Of a stretch of DNA of 64,000 bases, positions 32,093 to 42,254 are shown one piece after another. Source of the stretch: a bacterium (GTDB taxonomy: Bacteria; SM23-81; DAOVCL01); the NCBI GenBank assembly GCA_029932675.1, contig JAOZPP010000008.1, positions 130 through 64,129 of the forward strand. The letters are read 5' to 3'. Each line of letters opens with the position of its first letter. Position 1 is the stretch's first letter. A model generated the notes under the pieces. That model saw only the letters and a program-made list of their open reading frames with translations, was not told where the DNA came from and searched no databases. The position numbers and the translations under genes are program-made.

Positions 32093-35017
32093 TTATTTCA
32101 ATAAGACCATCTTCTTAATGGAGGAGAAATCACCCGCCCTCAGCCTACAGAAGTAGATACCCGAGGCCATACTATGAGCATTCCAGGTGATGGTCTTATA
32201 GCCAGGAGCCTGTTTCTCATCCACCAAGGTAGCTACCTTCTCCCCTAAGATGTTGTATACCTCCAAAAGAACGTGGATCGTGCTCGTAGCTCGTGAACCC
32301 TCTTCTGCCAGACCCTTAAGGTTAGTGTGGGAGGAGTGATCTCCGGGTAACGAGTAACGAATAACGGTAGTGGAGTTAAACGGGTTGGGGTAGTTCTGTT
32401 CCAGGGCAAACTCCTTGGGTAAATTGCTCTTCCCAGCTTTGACTACCCATTCCACAGATAGAGGTTGCACCTTAGACCCATATATCTCAACATTCTTCCA
32501 ACTCAGCCCCATATTACCCTTCTTCTTAACCTCAAAGGCTACCTTACCAATCCGATGTGTCCCAGGCTTCAGCAGCTTGGCCATCTCTATGTCTGGCACA
32601 GCCCCTATCCGCACTACTCCTGCTTGCCGAGTATCCACCGCCCAGAAGTCATACTCATCCCCACCTTCTACTTCCTTGAACAGCAGAGTGGTAGCGTCAT
32701 AGCCCAGGGAGATGTCCAACCCACATACCGACTCAGCTACCGTCAGATCAACAGGTACCTGCACCAATCCATCATTTATTACAGGATTCCCGGCTACCAA
32801 CTTGTCCATCGCACCCAACCTGCTTACTGAGGGTTTATAGGGCACAGTTTTGCCCCCCATGCAGAATCGATGCCAGATACAGTGCAAATTATCCTCAGTA
32901 GGGTCGATACCACAGTTCGGGTAGGGAGGTGGAGGGAGAATAGACTTTGGAACTCCAAAGATGAATTGTAACGCCATCAAAGGATCATTGGTCAGAATAC
33001 TACCGTCATCATCGTAATCGGCAGCGTCCTCACAGGAAGCAGGAAATGCCCCAGGAACTCCAAAGATCGACTGTAGCTCCATCAGGGGGTCCTGGGTCGA
33101 CACCACCCCATCGCTATTATAGTCCCCCCGGATGAACTGATTGCTCCCTCCCCATACGACGGTCATCGCAGGATCACCTAAAAGACAAAGCTGATAGTAA
33201 CACCATCTTATTGCTCCATATTCGTCTGATGAGACGTATGCTGCATTGTCCTCCTTGGAGTCATCAAAAGATAATCCCAAGGTGACCAAGCCTTCCCCGA
33301 AGATGGCATCGAAAAACTGCCTATCGAACAATTGATTGGGTCCACAAGTGTTATCCATATACCCCCAGCCAAAACGCGTATTGCCGATGAAGGCCACTGC
33401 TCCATAGGGGCCGGAAGTAAAATGTTCGGATATGGCATCAGTACCTGGGTGTACTCTCCCATCTCCATAAGGAGGGGGAGGTTCCCGGTTGTCGAAAGCG
33501 TTAGAATAGCAGCCCTGACAGTAGACGATATAATAGCCACCGCTAATCCCATCATTGGTTAACGCTGTATCGACATCATCATTTACCATCCTCATCGTAT
33601 AGGAGACATTGGAGTGGCCTAGGTGATTTACCAGGTTTACCCCTCCATTGAGTAAGGGAATGAGAGTATACTTATCCCACCGTTCTGGATCAAGGTCTCT
33701 GTCGTATAAGGTGGTCACTTGAAAGCGGTCCGGAAATCCGGCAGTGGTGAAGCCGCAGGTGCTACAGCTATCCTTCACCTCATCCTTATAATCTCCCCCC
33801 CATACTGTACTTCCTACTCCCAGGTACTCACCTACCATCAAGGCCCTGTTAACATCCCCCCACACCGGTTGTTGTTGATAGGAGATCACCTTGTGGATGA
33901 AATTGTCAGCCTCGGTTGTCGTATTAACGCAAGCCCGGCCAACCGATACCTCGGCAAAAAGGTCCACCTCCCCTCCATCAGGACCATCATTCGGCTCACC
34001 ATAAATATTGTTCTGGTTATAGTCGAATGTCCCATCTAAGCATCCGTAGTAGAGATCTGCTGGAATGTCATAGTCTGTCCATCCGGAAGCAGATCCATAG
34101 AAACCCTTATGAGGAATTAGATCATCATCACCGCCTAAAAGAACATAGCTTATCCCAAAGGTTTGGTAGTAAAGGGTGATCAGATTACGTATCAGCTCCG
34201 GCGTGGCCTCACCAGTTATGGTTCGGACAACAGCAGATAGCCCTCTCGAATTGTAGTAGTCTGCTAGACTCTGAAAACTGGGGACAAGATCATTGGTGGT
34301 GATGATAAGATAATCATAAGTTGTTTGAGAAGGTGGCAAAGACGCTGTCTGGGGATATCTCCGCAGAGCATGATAAGAGGCGATCTCCTGTGGGTTGTCC
34401 ACCAATCTCTTCACCCGTGCTTGGACGTTGGGAGAGTTCCTGATCATCCGCTCGCTCTCCGCCAGGGCCTTTGTTGATCTCCGGGTAGTTATCTTCAACT
34501 CCAATTGAGGGAAATATAAAAGTGTCCGATCTTTGGGCATATATACTACTGGATAGAGATTAATTAGGACAATTCGATAGCCACAGACTCTCTGGATGGA
34601 GACCAGATCATAAAGCTTAGCTGGATATTGATTGGGGGAAGCATAGATCTTCGGGTCTGGTGCCACTGGCTTCAATCGATACGGAAAGGATATGGGGATA
34701 ACAGGTTGCCCGGGTTTTATCAGGTAACCACTACCGAACCTCTCCATTTTGGGGTGGAAAACCTGCACAGAGTCAACATTGAAACCCGCCGGGAGCAGCA
34801 CCTTCACGCTTTTCACTGGTAGAACCGGTTTCCCCACCTGACCTAAAGAAGGCACTCCCTCGATGGAAACCTGATCATAAGACCCGATTCTTTGGATAGT
34901 GGGCGGAGGAAATCTAAAGCTTAACCTAATCGTCCTCGCAGATCCACTTACCTGGGAGGTTATAGTGAGGGAGAAAGGTATCAATAGGAACCCTAAGGCT
35001 ATCTTTCCTCTTTTCAT
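32093..35017 (-). CDS. Secreted gingipain-family (C25) cysteine peptidase with propeptide, dockerin-like and cohesin-like domains and C-terminal sorting (Por-tail/FlgD-like) domain
   Basis: Signal peptide; YVLLGGD, DLYY, VGR, NHLGHS and QGCYS catalytic His/Cys; FIRGDYNSDG...AADYDDDG; QNYPNPFN...KKMVLLK. Confidence 0.85.
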   Translation of the reverse strand: MKRGKIALGFLLIPFSLTITSQVSGSARTIRLSFRFPPPTIQRIGSYDQVSIEGVPSLGQVGKPVLPVKSVKVLLPAGFNVDSVQVFHPKMERFGSGYLIKPGQPVIPISFPYRLKPVAPDPKIYASPNQYPAKLYDLVSIQRVCGYRIVLINLYPVVYMPKDRTLLYFPQLELKITTRRSTKALAESERMIRNSPNVQARVKRLVDNPQEIASYHALRRYPQTASLPPSQTTYDYLIITTNDLVPSFQSLADYYNSRGLSAVVRTITGEATPELIRNLITLYYQTFGISYVLLGGDDDLIPHKGFYGSASGWTDYDIPADLYYGCLDGTFDYNQNNIYGEPNDGPDGGEVDLFAEVSVGRACVNTTTEADNFIHKVISYQQQPVWGDVNRALMVGEYLGVGSTVWGGDYKDEVKDSCSTCGFTTAGFPDRFQVTTLYDRDLDPERWDKYTLIPLLNGGVNLVNHLGHSNVSYTMRMVNDDVDTALTNDGISGGYYIVYCQGCYSNAFDNREPPPPYGDGRVHPGTDAISEHFTSGPYGAVAFIGNTRFGWGYMDNTCGPNQLFDRQFFDAIFGEGLVTLGLSFDDSKEDNAAYVSSDEYGAIRWCYYQLCLLGDPAMTVVWGGSNQFIRGDYNSDGVVSTQDPLMELQSIFGVPGAFPASCEDAADYDDDGSILTNDPLMALQFIFGVPKSILPPPPYPNCGIDPTEDNLHCIWHRFCMGGKTVPYKPSVSRLGAMDKLVAGNPVINDGLVQVPVDLTVAESVCGLDISLGYDATTLLFKEVEGGDEYDFWAVDTRQAGVVRIGAVPDIEMAKLLKPGTHRIGKVAFEVKKKGNMGLSWKNVEIYGSKVQPLSVEWVVKAGKSNLPKEFALEQNYPNPFNSTTVIRYSLPGDHSSHTNLKGLAEEGSRATSTIHVLLEVYNILGEKVATLVDEKQAPGYKTITWNAHSMASGIYFCRLRAGDFSSIKKMVLLK

Positions 35018-35026
35018 CGTTCCCTC

Positions 35027-38000
35027 CTATTTTAATAGAACTATTCTACGTGTGGCAGTATAGCCACCTGTCTGCAACCTCAGAAGATAAATACCCGAGG
35101 CCAGACCACTGGCATTCCAGGTAACACTCTTGTAACCAGGGGGTTGCTTCCCATTCACCAGGGTGGCCACTTTTTCCCCTAAGATGTTGTATATCTCCAA
35201 AAGAACGTGTATCCTGCTCGTAGCTCGTGAACGATCTACGGGTAACGAGTAACGAATAACGGTAGTTGCATTGAAGGGATTGGGATAGTTCTGGGAGAGG
35301 CTGAAGTATTGGGGAAGGTCCTCTGCCCGATTCTCGGATAGGCCTACTGGGATAAGCTGAAAGTCCACCACCGTAGTCTCTGCCTCAATACTCTCCACTC
35401 CTGGTTGAGCTAAGCTTCCATAGCCTTCCTTAGAGACTGAGACCTTGTAGGTGTCGGGGAGCACATAGGAGATGCTATAATAGCCATCTCCAGTAGTGGT
35501 ATCCTCACCTACTACCAGTGTGTCCTTCTCAATCTGCACCAATACACCTTGTAGGGGATTCTCATCGTTATCCTTTACCCAGCCGGCAATACAACTCCCA
35601 GGAGATTTAGCCCATACCGTGTCACTGCCCTGAAAGCTTCCTGCCCCTGTGACTGTGCCGCTAATGGTGGCAGAAGTACAGTGAAGGGGATCAATAACTC
35701 GCAGTGCAGTGAGTTGATCGAAGGTAACCATTAGATCCTCTTGCCCATCATTATCATAGTCGCCAACAACCCAGGGTTCTGGATAAGGTTGCATACTCTT
35801 ACCTCCGCATCCACGCAGGGTAACCTCCGTTATATCCTCCACGGGAATCCCATCTGAGAGTTCGATATAACATTCAACAGGAGGAAGATCAGGGACCAAA
35901 TCCAAAGTATCAGGAACGAATTGGACAACAACCTTTGCTGGACCTACCCTAAGGTGCAGGGGAATAGTGACCAGGGAATCCAAGGGATCGTTACTGGAGA
36001 CGAAAATGTTTGCATAGTAATCATCAGAGGGAAGATCAGTTACATTGAAGACCATTGCTACATCGACTCCATCCCCAGCCTGAATGGTGCCGGAAGCAGG
36101 GCCGTAATCACACCACCTCTTATCTACATGATATCGATAAATAGGTCCGTCCCAATCAGATACAAGAATATAATTGCCATCGTAGGTGATACCATCGTAG
36201 CAGGGTTGGTTGTGTATAGAGTTAAAGGAATTTATCTCCAGAGCACTGGTGAAGGATACATCCCACGAACGAGCAATCCTATCCGCTGATCCAATTGTCC
36301 ATAGGAGACCATATGCCCAGGTGGCACCGCTGACCGCATCTCCAATACTGGCATTTACAGTCCGGACAACTATCCCAGAAGTATCTACCTGGTATAATGT
36401 TGGGTTGTCAACCCAACTCGCCTCCGATAGCCATAAATAATTGCCATCCCAGGCAATGGCCGGTTGGGAGATTAAGGGAGCAGCAAATGAACCAATGTTA
36501 TTACCAGTGGTATCGTATTCGTAGATCGTTGAGCTATTACTCCCGATCCACAGATTGGTTCCATCGAAGGTTAAGCCATAGGGAGAACTATGAATGGCAT
36601 ATTGGGCTAATACATCCCCAGAGACAGAGTCCATTTTATAAAGGATTCCATCATCAAGGTCAACCCCCCAGAGATTGATGCCATCAAAGGTGAGCCCAGT
36701 GCATCCGGTAAATGGAAGCCTTAACCGACTCACTCTATTGCCAAAGTTTGCTAATAGATCATCCGTGAGGGTGTAGTGCAATGGTCCGGTCCCCCTATTG
36801 GTAATAGTGAGGGTATGAAATAAATCAATCTGTCCTGGGGACAAAGCTACATCAAAAGACGTTGGAGTAATTCCGATGTTAGGCGGAAAATTCCCTGAAC
36901 CTTTCATAAGAACCCAAATGAGGGGGTCATCTGGATCATTTGATGTAATGGATAAAACTCCAAACTGGTCACCTAAGCTGGTGGGAGCAAACACAACCGC
37001 CACCTCTTGAGTCATGCCTACATCCAAGGTGAAAACAGTGGGCTGGACGGTAAAATGCTCATTGCTACTGGCAATACCAGTAACATCCAATACAGTGGTG
37101 CCCACATTGTGTACCAGAAGCTTCAAGGTCTTTGGGAATCCAAGACTGGTTTCTCCGAAATCGAGCAGATCAGGTTGCACACCAATGACCGTTTTTTGGG
37201 GCACGATACCTGATGAAAGCTGTGCGTAAACACAGTCACCCTGGACGGTGGGGACCGGAGGATCATCTGATGTCACCGTATAGTAGGGTATTCTCGACCT
37301 ATAATTGCCATAGTATTCAATGGAAAACTTTTTGATCTCCCCGGTTGTGCTACTTCCGCGATCATAGGCCTCCAACCAGTAGTTAGAGGAGTCTCCATCA
37401 ATCAACTCGCTGATATCAAAGACGATGTCATTTGCAGGAAAAGGCCATGGACCGGCATTAGTATACTTGGGGTTGAATTCTTTCACCTGGTCAGGGTTAC
37501 CTAAGTCACCTGAACCGATCCTTATCAAACATCTATTTCTTTCGGGATAATCTATGTTAAAGACTGAAACAAGTGTGGGCTGATAGCCAATGCGATCGTA
37601 ATAATACATACAGTATTCAACCCTCTGCCTCATCGCTTCGTAGGACATCCACCAACATCCATCACTGTCCTCCTCTCCATTCCAGGTTGGCCCCCAGGAA
37701 TTGGCGATCTTGAATGCCCCATAACGAACCTCCCCCTCCTCTACATACGATTTGCTATCATCGAATCCCACCACCGTATTAAGATGGTTAAAAAGTGGGT
37801 TGACATAGTTATCCAATGTGGCCATCTCATGTAGCTGGTATCCATCAACACCTATTACTGGAAGGATGGTGGGCACAGATAGCAGCAAGTTCCTCAAATT
37901 CTGGATTGATGAACTCAGATCGATATACCTTATACCATCTGCCTCTGCCCGGTAAAGCGGAGCCTCCCTCCAGGCCGATTCTGAGGGCCAACTTGAGTGG

Positions 38001-38650
38001 TCATCGGGATCATTGGGCATCTCCTTCCAGGTGCAAGCACCAATTCTCTGGAGCACATCCCAGGCATCATCAGGGCTACTCCCGCAATTACATCCCCTAT
38101 TGATCTGGTGATAGATGAAAGCAGGACTGAATATCTTATCCTGATAAGCACTTGATGGATGGCCGTAATAAATCCCTCCTACCCAATCTGCTGCGGAAAG
38201 GTCCCAGTTGTGCTCCTCTGCCTCCTGAAATGTCTTCGCATAGTAAACTATAGCCCAACAGGTGCAAGAACCTTGCATACCCTGGCTACCAATGGGCGGG
38301 AAGAACTTGCTCTGGCTGTGATCTATATGGATAACTCCCTTGCGTTGCGGATCGGTGAGGATGATTTCATCTACCATCTTGGCCTCTTGGGCTATCTCTT
38401 CCCAGCCTTTTTCAGTGGGTGGCTGCAGACCTGTGCCGTGGCCATCAATTATCTCATTGTAATTCTTCCCTTCCTTGTAGGTGCCGAAGTGTTGCTTTAG
38501 CTTTTCCAACTCATCAGGCCTGATCTTATGGGATACCTCAATGAAGTTCCTCTTGGCCAGAACAGTTGAACCAAAGAGAAAACAACTCAAGTTGGCAACC
38601 ACAGCCAAACTTATTGCCAGTTTAAACCTAAACCCTTGTGGAATAGGCAT
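35027..38650 (-). CDS. Secreted papain-family (C1) cysteine peptidase with Ig-like, beta-propeller-like, carboxypeptidase-regulatory-like and C-terminal sorting domains
   Basis: QGMQGSCTCWA, NHLNTVVGFDD, IANSWG; SNDPD Ig-like repeats; GLTFDG.NLW repeats; QNYPNPFN tail. Confidence 0.85.
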   Translation of the reverse strand: MPIPQGFRFKLAISLAVVANLSCFLFGSTVLAKRNFIEVSHKIRPDELEKLKQHFGTYKEGKNYNEIIDGHGTGLQPPTEKGWEEIAQEAKMVDEIILTDPQRKGVIHIDHSQSKFFPPIGSQGMQGSCTCWAIVYYAKTFQEAEEHNWDLSAADWVGGIYYGHPSSAYQDKIFSPAFIYHQINRGCNCGSSPDDAWDVLQRIGACTWKEMPNDPDDHSSWPSESAWREAPLYRAEADGIRYIDLSSSIQNLRNLLLSVPTILPVIGVDGYQLHEMATLDNYVNPLFNHLNTVVGFDDSKSYVEEGEVRYGAFKIANSWGPTWNGEEDSDGCWWMSYEAMRQRVEYCMYYYDRIGYQPTLVSVFNIDYPERNRCLIRIGSGDLGNPDQVKEFNPKYTNAGPWPFPANDIVFDISELIDGDSSNYWLEAYDRGSSTTGEIKKFSIEYYGNYRSRIPYYTVTSDDPPVPTVQGDCVYAQLSSGIVPQKTVIGVQPDLLDFGETSLGFPKTLKLLVHNVGTTVLDVTGIASSNEHFTVQPTVFTLDVGMTQEVAVVFAPTSLGDQFGVLSITSNDPDDPLIWVLMKGSGNFPPNIGITPTSFDVALSPGQIDLFHTLTITNRGTGPLHYTLTDDLLANFGNRVSRLRLPFTGCTGLTFDGINLWGVDLDDGILYKMDSVSGDVLAQYAIHSSPYGLTFDGTNLWIGSNSSTIYEYDTTGNNIGSFAAPLISQPAIAWDGNYLWLSEASWVDNPTLYQVDTSGIVVRTVNASIGDAVSGATWAYGLLWTIGSADRIARSWDVSFTSALEINSFNSIHNQPCYDGITYDGNYILVSDWDGPIYRYHVDKRWCDYGPASGTIQAGDGVDVAMVFNVTDLPSDDYYANIFVSSNDPLDSLVTIPLHLRVGPAKVVVQFVPDTLDLVPDLPPVECYIELSDGIPVEDITEVTLRGCGGKSMQPYPEPWVVGDYDNDGQEDLMVTFDQLTALRVIDPLHCTSATISGTVTGAGSFQGSDTVWAKSPGSCIAGWVKDNDENPLQGVLVQIEKDTLVVGEDTTTGDGYYSISYVLPDTYKVSVSKEGYGSLAQPGVESIEAETTVVDFQLIPVGLSENRAEDLPQYFSLSQNYPNPFNATTVIRYSLPVDRSRATSRIHVLLEIYNILGEKVATLVNGKQPPGYKSVTWNASGLASGIYLLRLQTGGYTATRRIVLLK

Positions 38651-38737
38651 CTTAAATCACTCCTTTGTTATTCTTTGATTGACTGTGGGGATGTTAGGAA
38701 ATGCTGAAAATTCCGGTTGTAATTCCTCCTCTCCTTT

Positions 38738-38836
38738 TTAAGCAAAAAAGGCCCTCCATCTTGCCCATGGGACAAAAAGAGAGCCTTTAAAGGTTTTTCA
38801 TTCTACCTCACCCCCTTAAAGATCAAAGGGATTTTT
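38738..38836 (-). promoter_or_regulatory. Leader/attenuator copy A (SD hairpin, uORF MKNL 38787-38801, terminator)
   Basis: Near-identical to 42054-42152; hairpin followed by U6. Confidence 0.7.
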
Positions 38837-38930
38837 TTCCTTTTACACCTATGGTGGTGCAACAAAAAATATGGAATAGGCAGCTATAGGCATTAGCTGA
38901 CGAAAGGAAATTCCATAAGTCAACCACTTA

Positions 38931-38954
38931 CGCAACCTGAAAGGTTGCGGCTAC
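38931..38954 (-). repeat. GTAG-type REP-like palindrome
   Basis: Minus strand gtagc-cgcaacct-ttc-aggttgcg; related copy at 61016-61037. Confidence 0.45.
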
Positions 38955-38988
38955 CCTATTTTGCGACTTTTGCCTAATTATCACCTAT

Positions 38989-39355
38989 CACTACTGTCCG
39001 GTTATTAGTTGAATAATGACAATTGCTTATAGCATTCGCCCTTCAGCTCTTTGCGAGCGAAATCCGTAAGCACCTGTAAGATAGGCGATTTTTCGAAAAC
39101 GGTGACGCTCAGACTCTGTAGAATTGTGTAGAGACTGAGGTCCAGATGAGCCCGTTTCTTAACAATGGCGACGAGGACAAACACTGAGATGGCAGTCCAT
39201 ATTGGAGTCTTCACGGCATTTTCGGATGCGCCGTAGAAAGTGGAATGACCATAGTATACAAAGGATTTGAAATCGATAACAGTTATTTTCGCTCGCAACT
39301 CAATTTCATCAATGCAGTTACAACAAAGTCAAGAGCAAACAATCGGACAGTAGTG
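38989..39355 (-). mobile_element. Internally deleted IS4-family element (367 bp) retaining the transposase C-terminus
   Basis: TIRs cactactgtccggtt / aatcggacagtagtg; 9-bp direct repeat atcacctat at 38980-38988 and 39356-39364; FYGASENAVKTPIW..ISVFVLVAIVKK...LYTILQ resembles the IS4 transposase C-terminus. Confidence 0.88.
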
Positions 39356-39368
39356 ATCACCTATATAT

Positions 39369-39397
39369 AATTTACTCCTTTGGCCTGTGGATGTCAA
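39369..39397 (-). promoter_or_regulatory. sigma70-type promoter for the C1/C25 operon
   Basis: TTGACA-17 nt-TAAATT. Confidence 0.55.
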
Positions 39398-39454
39398 GGG
39401 TTTTTTCGGCCCCTCGAAAGGGAGGGCCCTTTTGGACCCTCCCCTTATCGGGCC

Positions 39455-41740
39455 TTATTTCAACAGCAACATCTTCCTGACGGCGGTAAACTCCCCAGCT
39501 TTGAGCCTATAGAAGTAAATGCCTGAGGCCATCCCTTCGGCATCCCAGGTAACTGTCTTGTACCCAGGGGTTTGCTTCTCATCCACCAGAGTGGCCACCT
39601 TTTGCGCTAAGATGTTGTATACCTCCAAACGGACGTATATCCTGCTCGTAGCTCGTGAACCCTCTTCTGCCAGACCCTTGAGGGTAGTGGGGGAGGAGTG
39701 ATCTACGGGTAACGAGTAACGAATAACGGTAGTTGCATTGAACGGATTGGGGTAGTTCTGGAAGAGGGCAAACTTCTTAGGTAGAGCGGCAACTTCTCCG
39801 TTTGGTTCAATCCCTACCCTTACGGAATCCACCACTTCAATCGTTGGTTCGTCTCTACTCCCGCCGAGCACGCTGAACTCCGCCCTGTGATTGGGAATAG
39901 AGATGGGATAGACGCCTGGGGTTGCCCCTTCATCCACAGCAAAATCTATCTGGGCTAAGCTCTGCTCTCCCTCTTCTGGTTTGAGGTACTTGGAATTGTC
40001 GCAGTCAAAGCTAAAGAGAACCCCCAGATGAAGGACATCGTACCCCTCAAGAGAAGGTGTACCTGTGGTGTCGTAATACCACTGATGGTAATCGGCAGAG
40101 GCCGCTTTGCCGAAGTAGCGGACCTCAAAAGGTGTTAAACACTCCGGGTATAAAAGTTCATCTATCCCCACAGCCTCCACCGGATTTGTTCCTGCCTGGG
40201 CAACCACAACTACCGATAAGGTATCACCTGGTTCTGCAGAACCCTCTGGGACAAATTTTAACCTGTCCCCCTCTTTTGGAGTATTCAGTTGGCCTTTTCT
40301 GCCGGATTGGGTAATTATTGCGTTGCCACTTTGACTATAAAAGTCAGGGATCAGCCCCTCAGGGTTACAGGGTGGGAAGCGGTCGCAGCCGAGGTTGTCA
40401 TTGGTGGAATCTGTGCCACAATCAGGAAAAGGTGGTGGTGGGGATGGGCCTAAATTGTTAAGATACAAGAGCAGATACATAGGATCGGCTATCCCCACCC
40501 AACCATCGTCATTGGCATCATAGGAGTCGTCGCATCTGAAGGCTGGCTGGAAGCCGGAATACAAGTAGTTCAATAGTCCTATAACATCGCCCATGTCCAC
40601 CGCAGTTGTGGCATCGTAATCCCCTCGTATAAAGCGGACGGGTTTACAGACGGAGCCATCGTCCAGCTCTGGATGGATCGTGGTATCCCCACACATCCAG
40701 TAGGTGCTATCCGGTCCAGAGATAGTGAGGAGGCAGCAATGGCCGGCAGGAATGCTGTCGGCAACTTCAAAAATGAGATCCCAGAACCGGTACATATCTG
40801 GCGGCCAATCCGGAGAACCAGTAAGGCTCGCTAATAAACCGCAGAGGATATACGCCTGATGGTAGTTGCAGGAAACATTAAAGATTGCTGGGGTAGGGAT
40901 GACATCATAAAGCGTGGTATAATCATTACCCAAGGGGTCGGTGCCGGTGACCTCATAGTCTATCCCCATGCAGCGGAGACAGCTTGTATCGAAATCTGCT
41001 CTGAAGGTTATGGCATCAAGGCCATCACAGCAGACTCGGCCGTAAATAGGTACCCTAACTCTACATGGACTAATTGGTGGTGCCATAACGCTGTCCGGGA
41101 TGATCATCTTGTCCTGGCAGCATTTGCCATATACCCCAATGGCCCATCTGGTGGAGCAGCTCAGGGCCACCGCGTTTGTCTGCCAGGTGGTCCCTGTATC
41201 TGAGGTGAAGAACCCATTCTCATCCGGGTCTGAACCGCAGCTATCGGAGGCCATAAATGTAAGGGCTGTAGCACTATCCCCGGAGAGGATATAAGCGAAG
41301 TAATAGGCTCCAGGGGAGAGGAGCAGATCGATACCATCGATCGTGGCAAAGACCCAGCCTGAATTTCCAGGTAGGGCAACTGGGGGTGAGGTGTATATTG
41401 TGTTAGCAGCGTCTGGTCCATCTGCATCCCCATCGTGATAGACATAGAAATTCACATAGATGCCTGGAACATAATACCCTGGGTAATTGTAAAAGAGCGC
41501 ACGCATTGTTTTCAAGGAACAGGGAAGGGTTACCTCGCATCTGTTTGCCCCACCCTCTCCAGGATGGCCTAAATCGGACCATAATTTGATCCCTGGGTAG
41601 GCGCATATGGTGTCCACTTGGGGACTGCTGAGATCACTGAGGAGAGCCATTTTGGCCCCGGTGCTGGTGGTAGAAAGGTTCAGGCCTATCAGGGGTAAGG
41701 CGAAAATCGCCAAACTGATTAAGACAAATCTCTTGGCCAT
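39455..41740 (-). CDS. Secreted Cys-rich protein with cohesin-like, dockerin-like and cohesin-like domains and C-terminal sorting domain; no catalytic motif recognised
   Basis: Signal peptide; FIRGDYD...DANDDGWVGIAD; VRVPIY...ITFRADFD and PGDTLSVVV beta-sandwich patterns; QNYPNPFN tail. Confidence 0.7.
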   Translation of the reverse strand: MAKRFVLISLAIFALPLIGLNLSTTSTGAKMALLSDLSSPQVDTICAYPGIKLWSDLGHPGEGGANRCEVTLPCSLKTMRALFYNYPGYYVPGIYVNFYVYHDGDADGPDAANTIYTSPPVALPGNSGWVFATIDGIDLLLSPGAYYFAYILSGDSATALTFMASDSCGSDPDENGFFTSDTGTTWQTNAVALSCSTRWAIGVYGKCCQDKMIIPDSVMAPPISPCRVRVPIYGRVCCDGLDAITFRADFDTSCLRCMGIDYEVTGTDPLGNDYTTLYDVIPTPAIFNVSCNYHQAYILCGLLASLTGSPDWPPDMYRFWDLIFEVADSIPAGHCCLLTISGPDSTYWMCGDTTIHPELDDGSVCKPVRFIRGDYDATTAVDMGDVIGLLNYLYSGFQPAFRCDDSYDANDDGWVGIADPMYLLLYLNNLGPSPPPPFPDCGTDSTNDNLGCDRFPPCNPEGLIPDFYSQSGNAIITQSGRKGQLNTPKEGDRLKFVPEGSAEPGDTLSVVVVAQAGTNPVEAVGIDELLYPECLTPFEVRYFGKAASADYHQWYYDTTGTPSLEGYDVLHLGVLFSFDCDNSKYLKPEEGEQSLAQIDFAVDEGATPGVYPISIPNHRAEFSVLGGSRDEPTIEVVDSVRVGIEPNGEVAALPKKFALFQNYPNPFNATTVIRYSLPVDHSSPTTLKGLAEEGSRATSRIYVRLEVYNILAQKVATLVDEKQTPGYKTVTWDAEGMASGIYFYRLKAGEFTAVRKMLLLK

Positions 41741-42053
41741 TTTCCCCTCCTTACACTAAAACACCTAAAGGTGATCAATCAGGTTTGATCCCCTTTGCAA
41801 CAAGAGCCAGTTGAACTATCTAAAATCCGTCCCCCCTTTCCTCAACTTGATTTGGCTCTCAAATCTTAGCTTGAAGGGGAGTAATCTTTCCTTGGTTACC
41901 TGGTGGCAAAGCAATAGACAAACTTGCTGATATTGCTAATTTCGTGGCAGAACAGGGGCTCTGCCAGTTCACTTTCGGTAATATGATTATTCCTAACATC
42001 CAGGGTGAGTGCAGATTAGACTGAACCGTCGAAAATTTATGAACAATTCGGGT

Positions 42054-42152
42054 TTAAGCAAAAAAAAGCCCTCCATCTTGCCCATAGGGCAAAAAGAGAG
42101 CCTTAAAGGTTTTCCATTCTACATCACCCCCTTAAAGTTCAAAGGGATTTTT
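42054..42152 (-). promoter_or_regulatory. Leader/attenuator copy B (uORF MENL 42103-42117)
   Basis: Near-identical to 38738-38836; terminator with U8; TTGACA-17-TAGTAT promoter at 42195-42167. Confidence 0.7.
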
Positions 42153-42254
42153 TCGACTCCGATTATATACTACTACTTCGGGCGATGAATGTCAAGGGTT
42201 TTTAGAACCCCCTGGGAAGAGGGAGGGTTCAAGAGAACCCTCCCTCATTTGACT

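Noticed and set aside
39005-39298. Functional 97-aa transposase gene
   Set aside because: The N-terminal part reads through IS left-end DNA and the DDE catalytic core is absent
41850-42000. Short ORF of about 45 codons (MLGIIILPKV...) in the spacer after leader B
   Set aside because: No SD and no recognisable protein features
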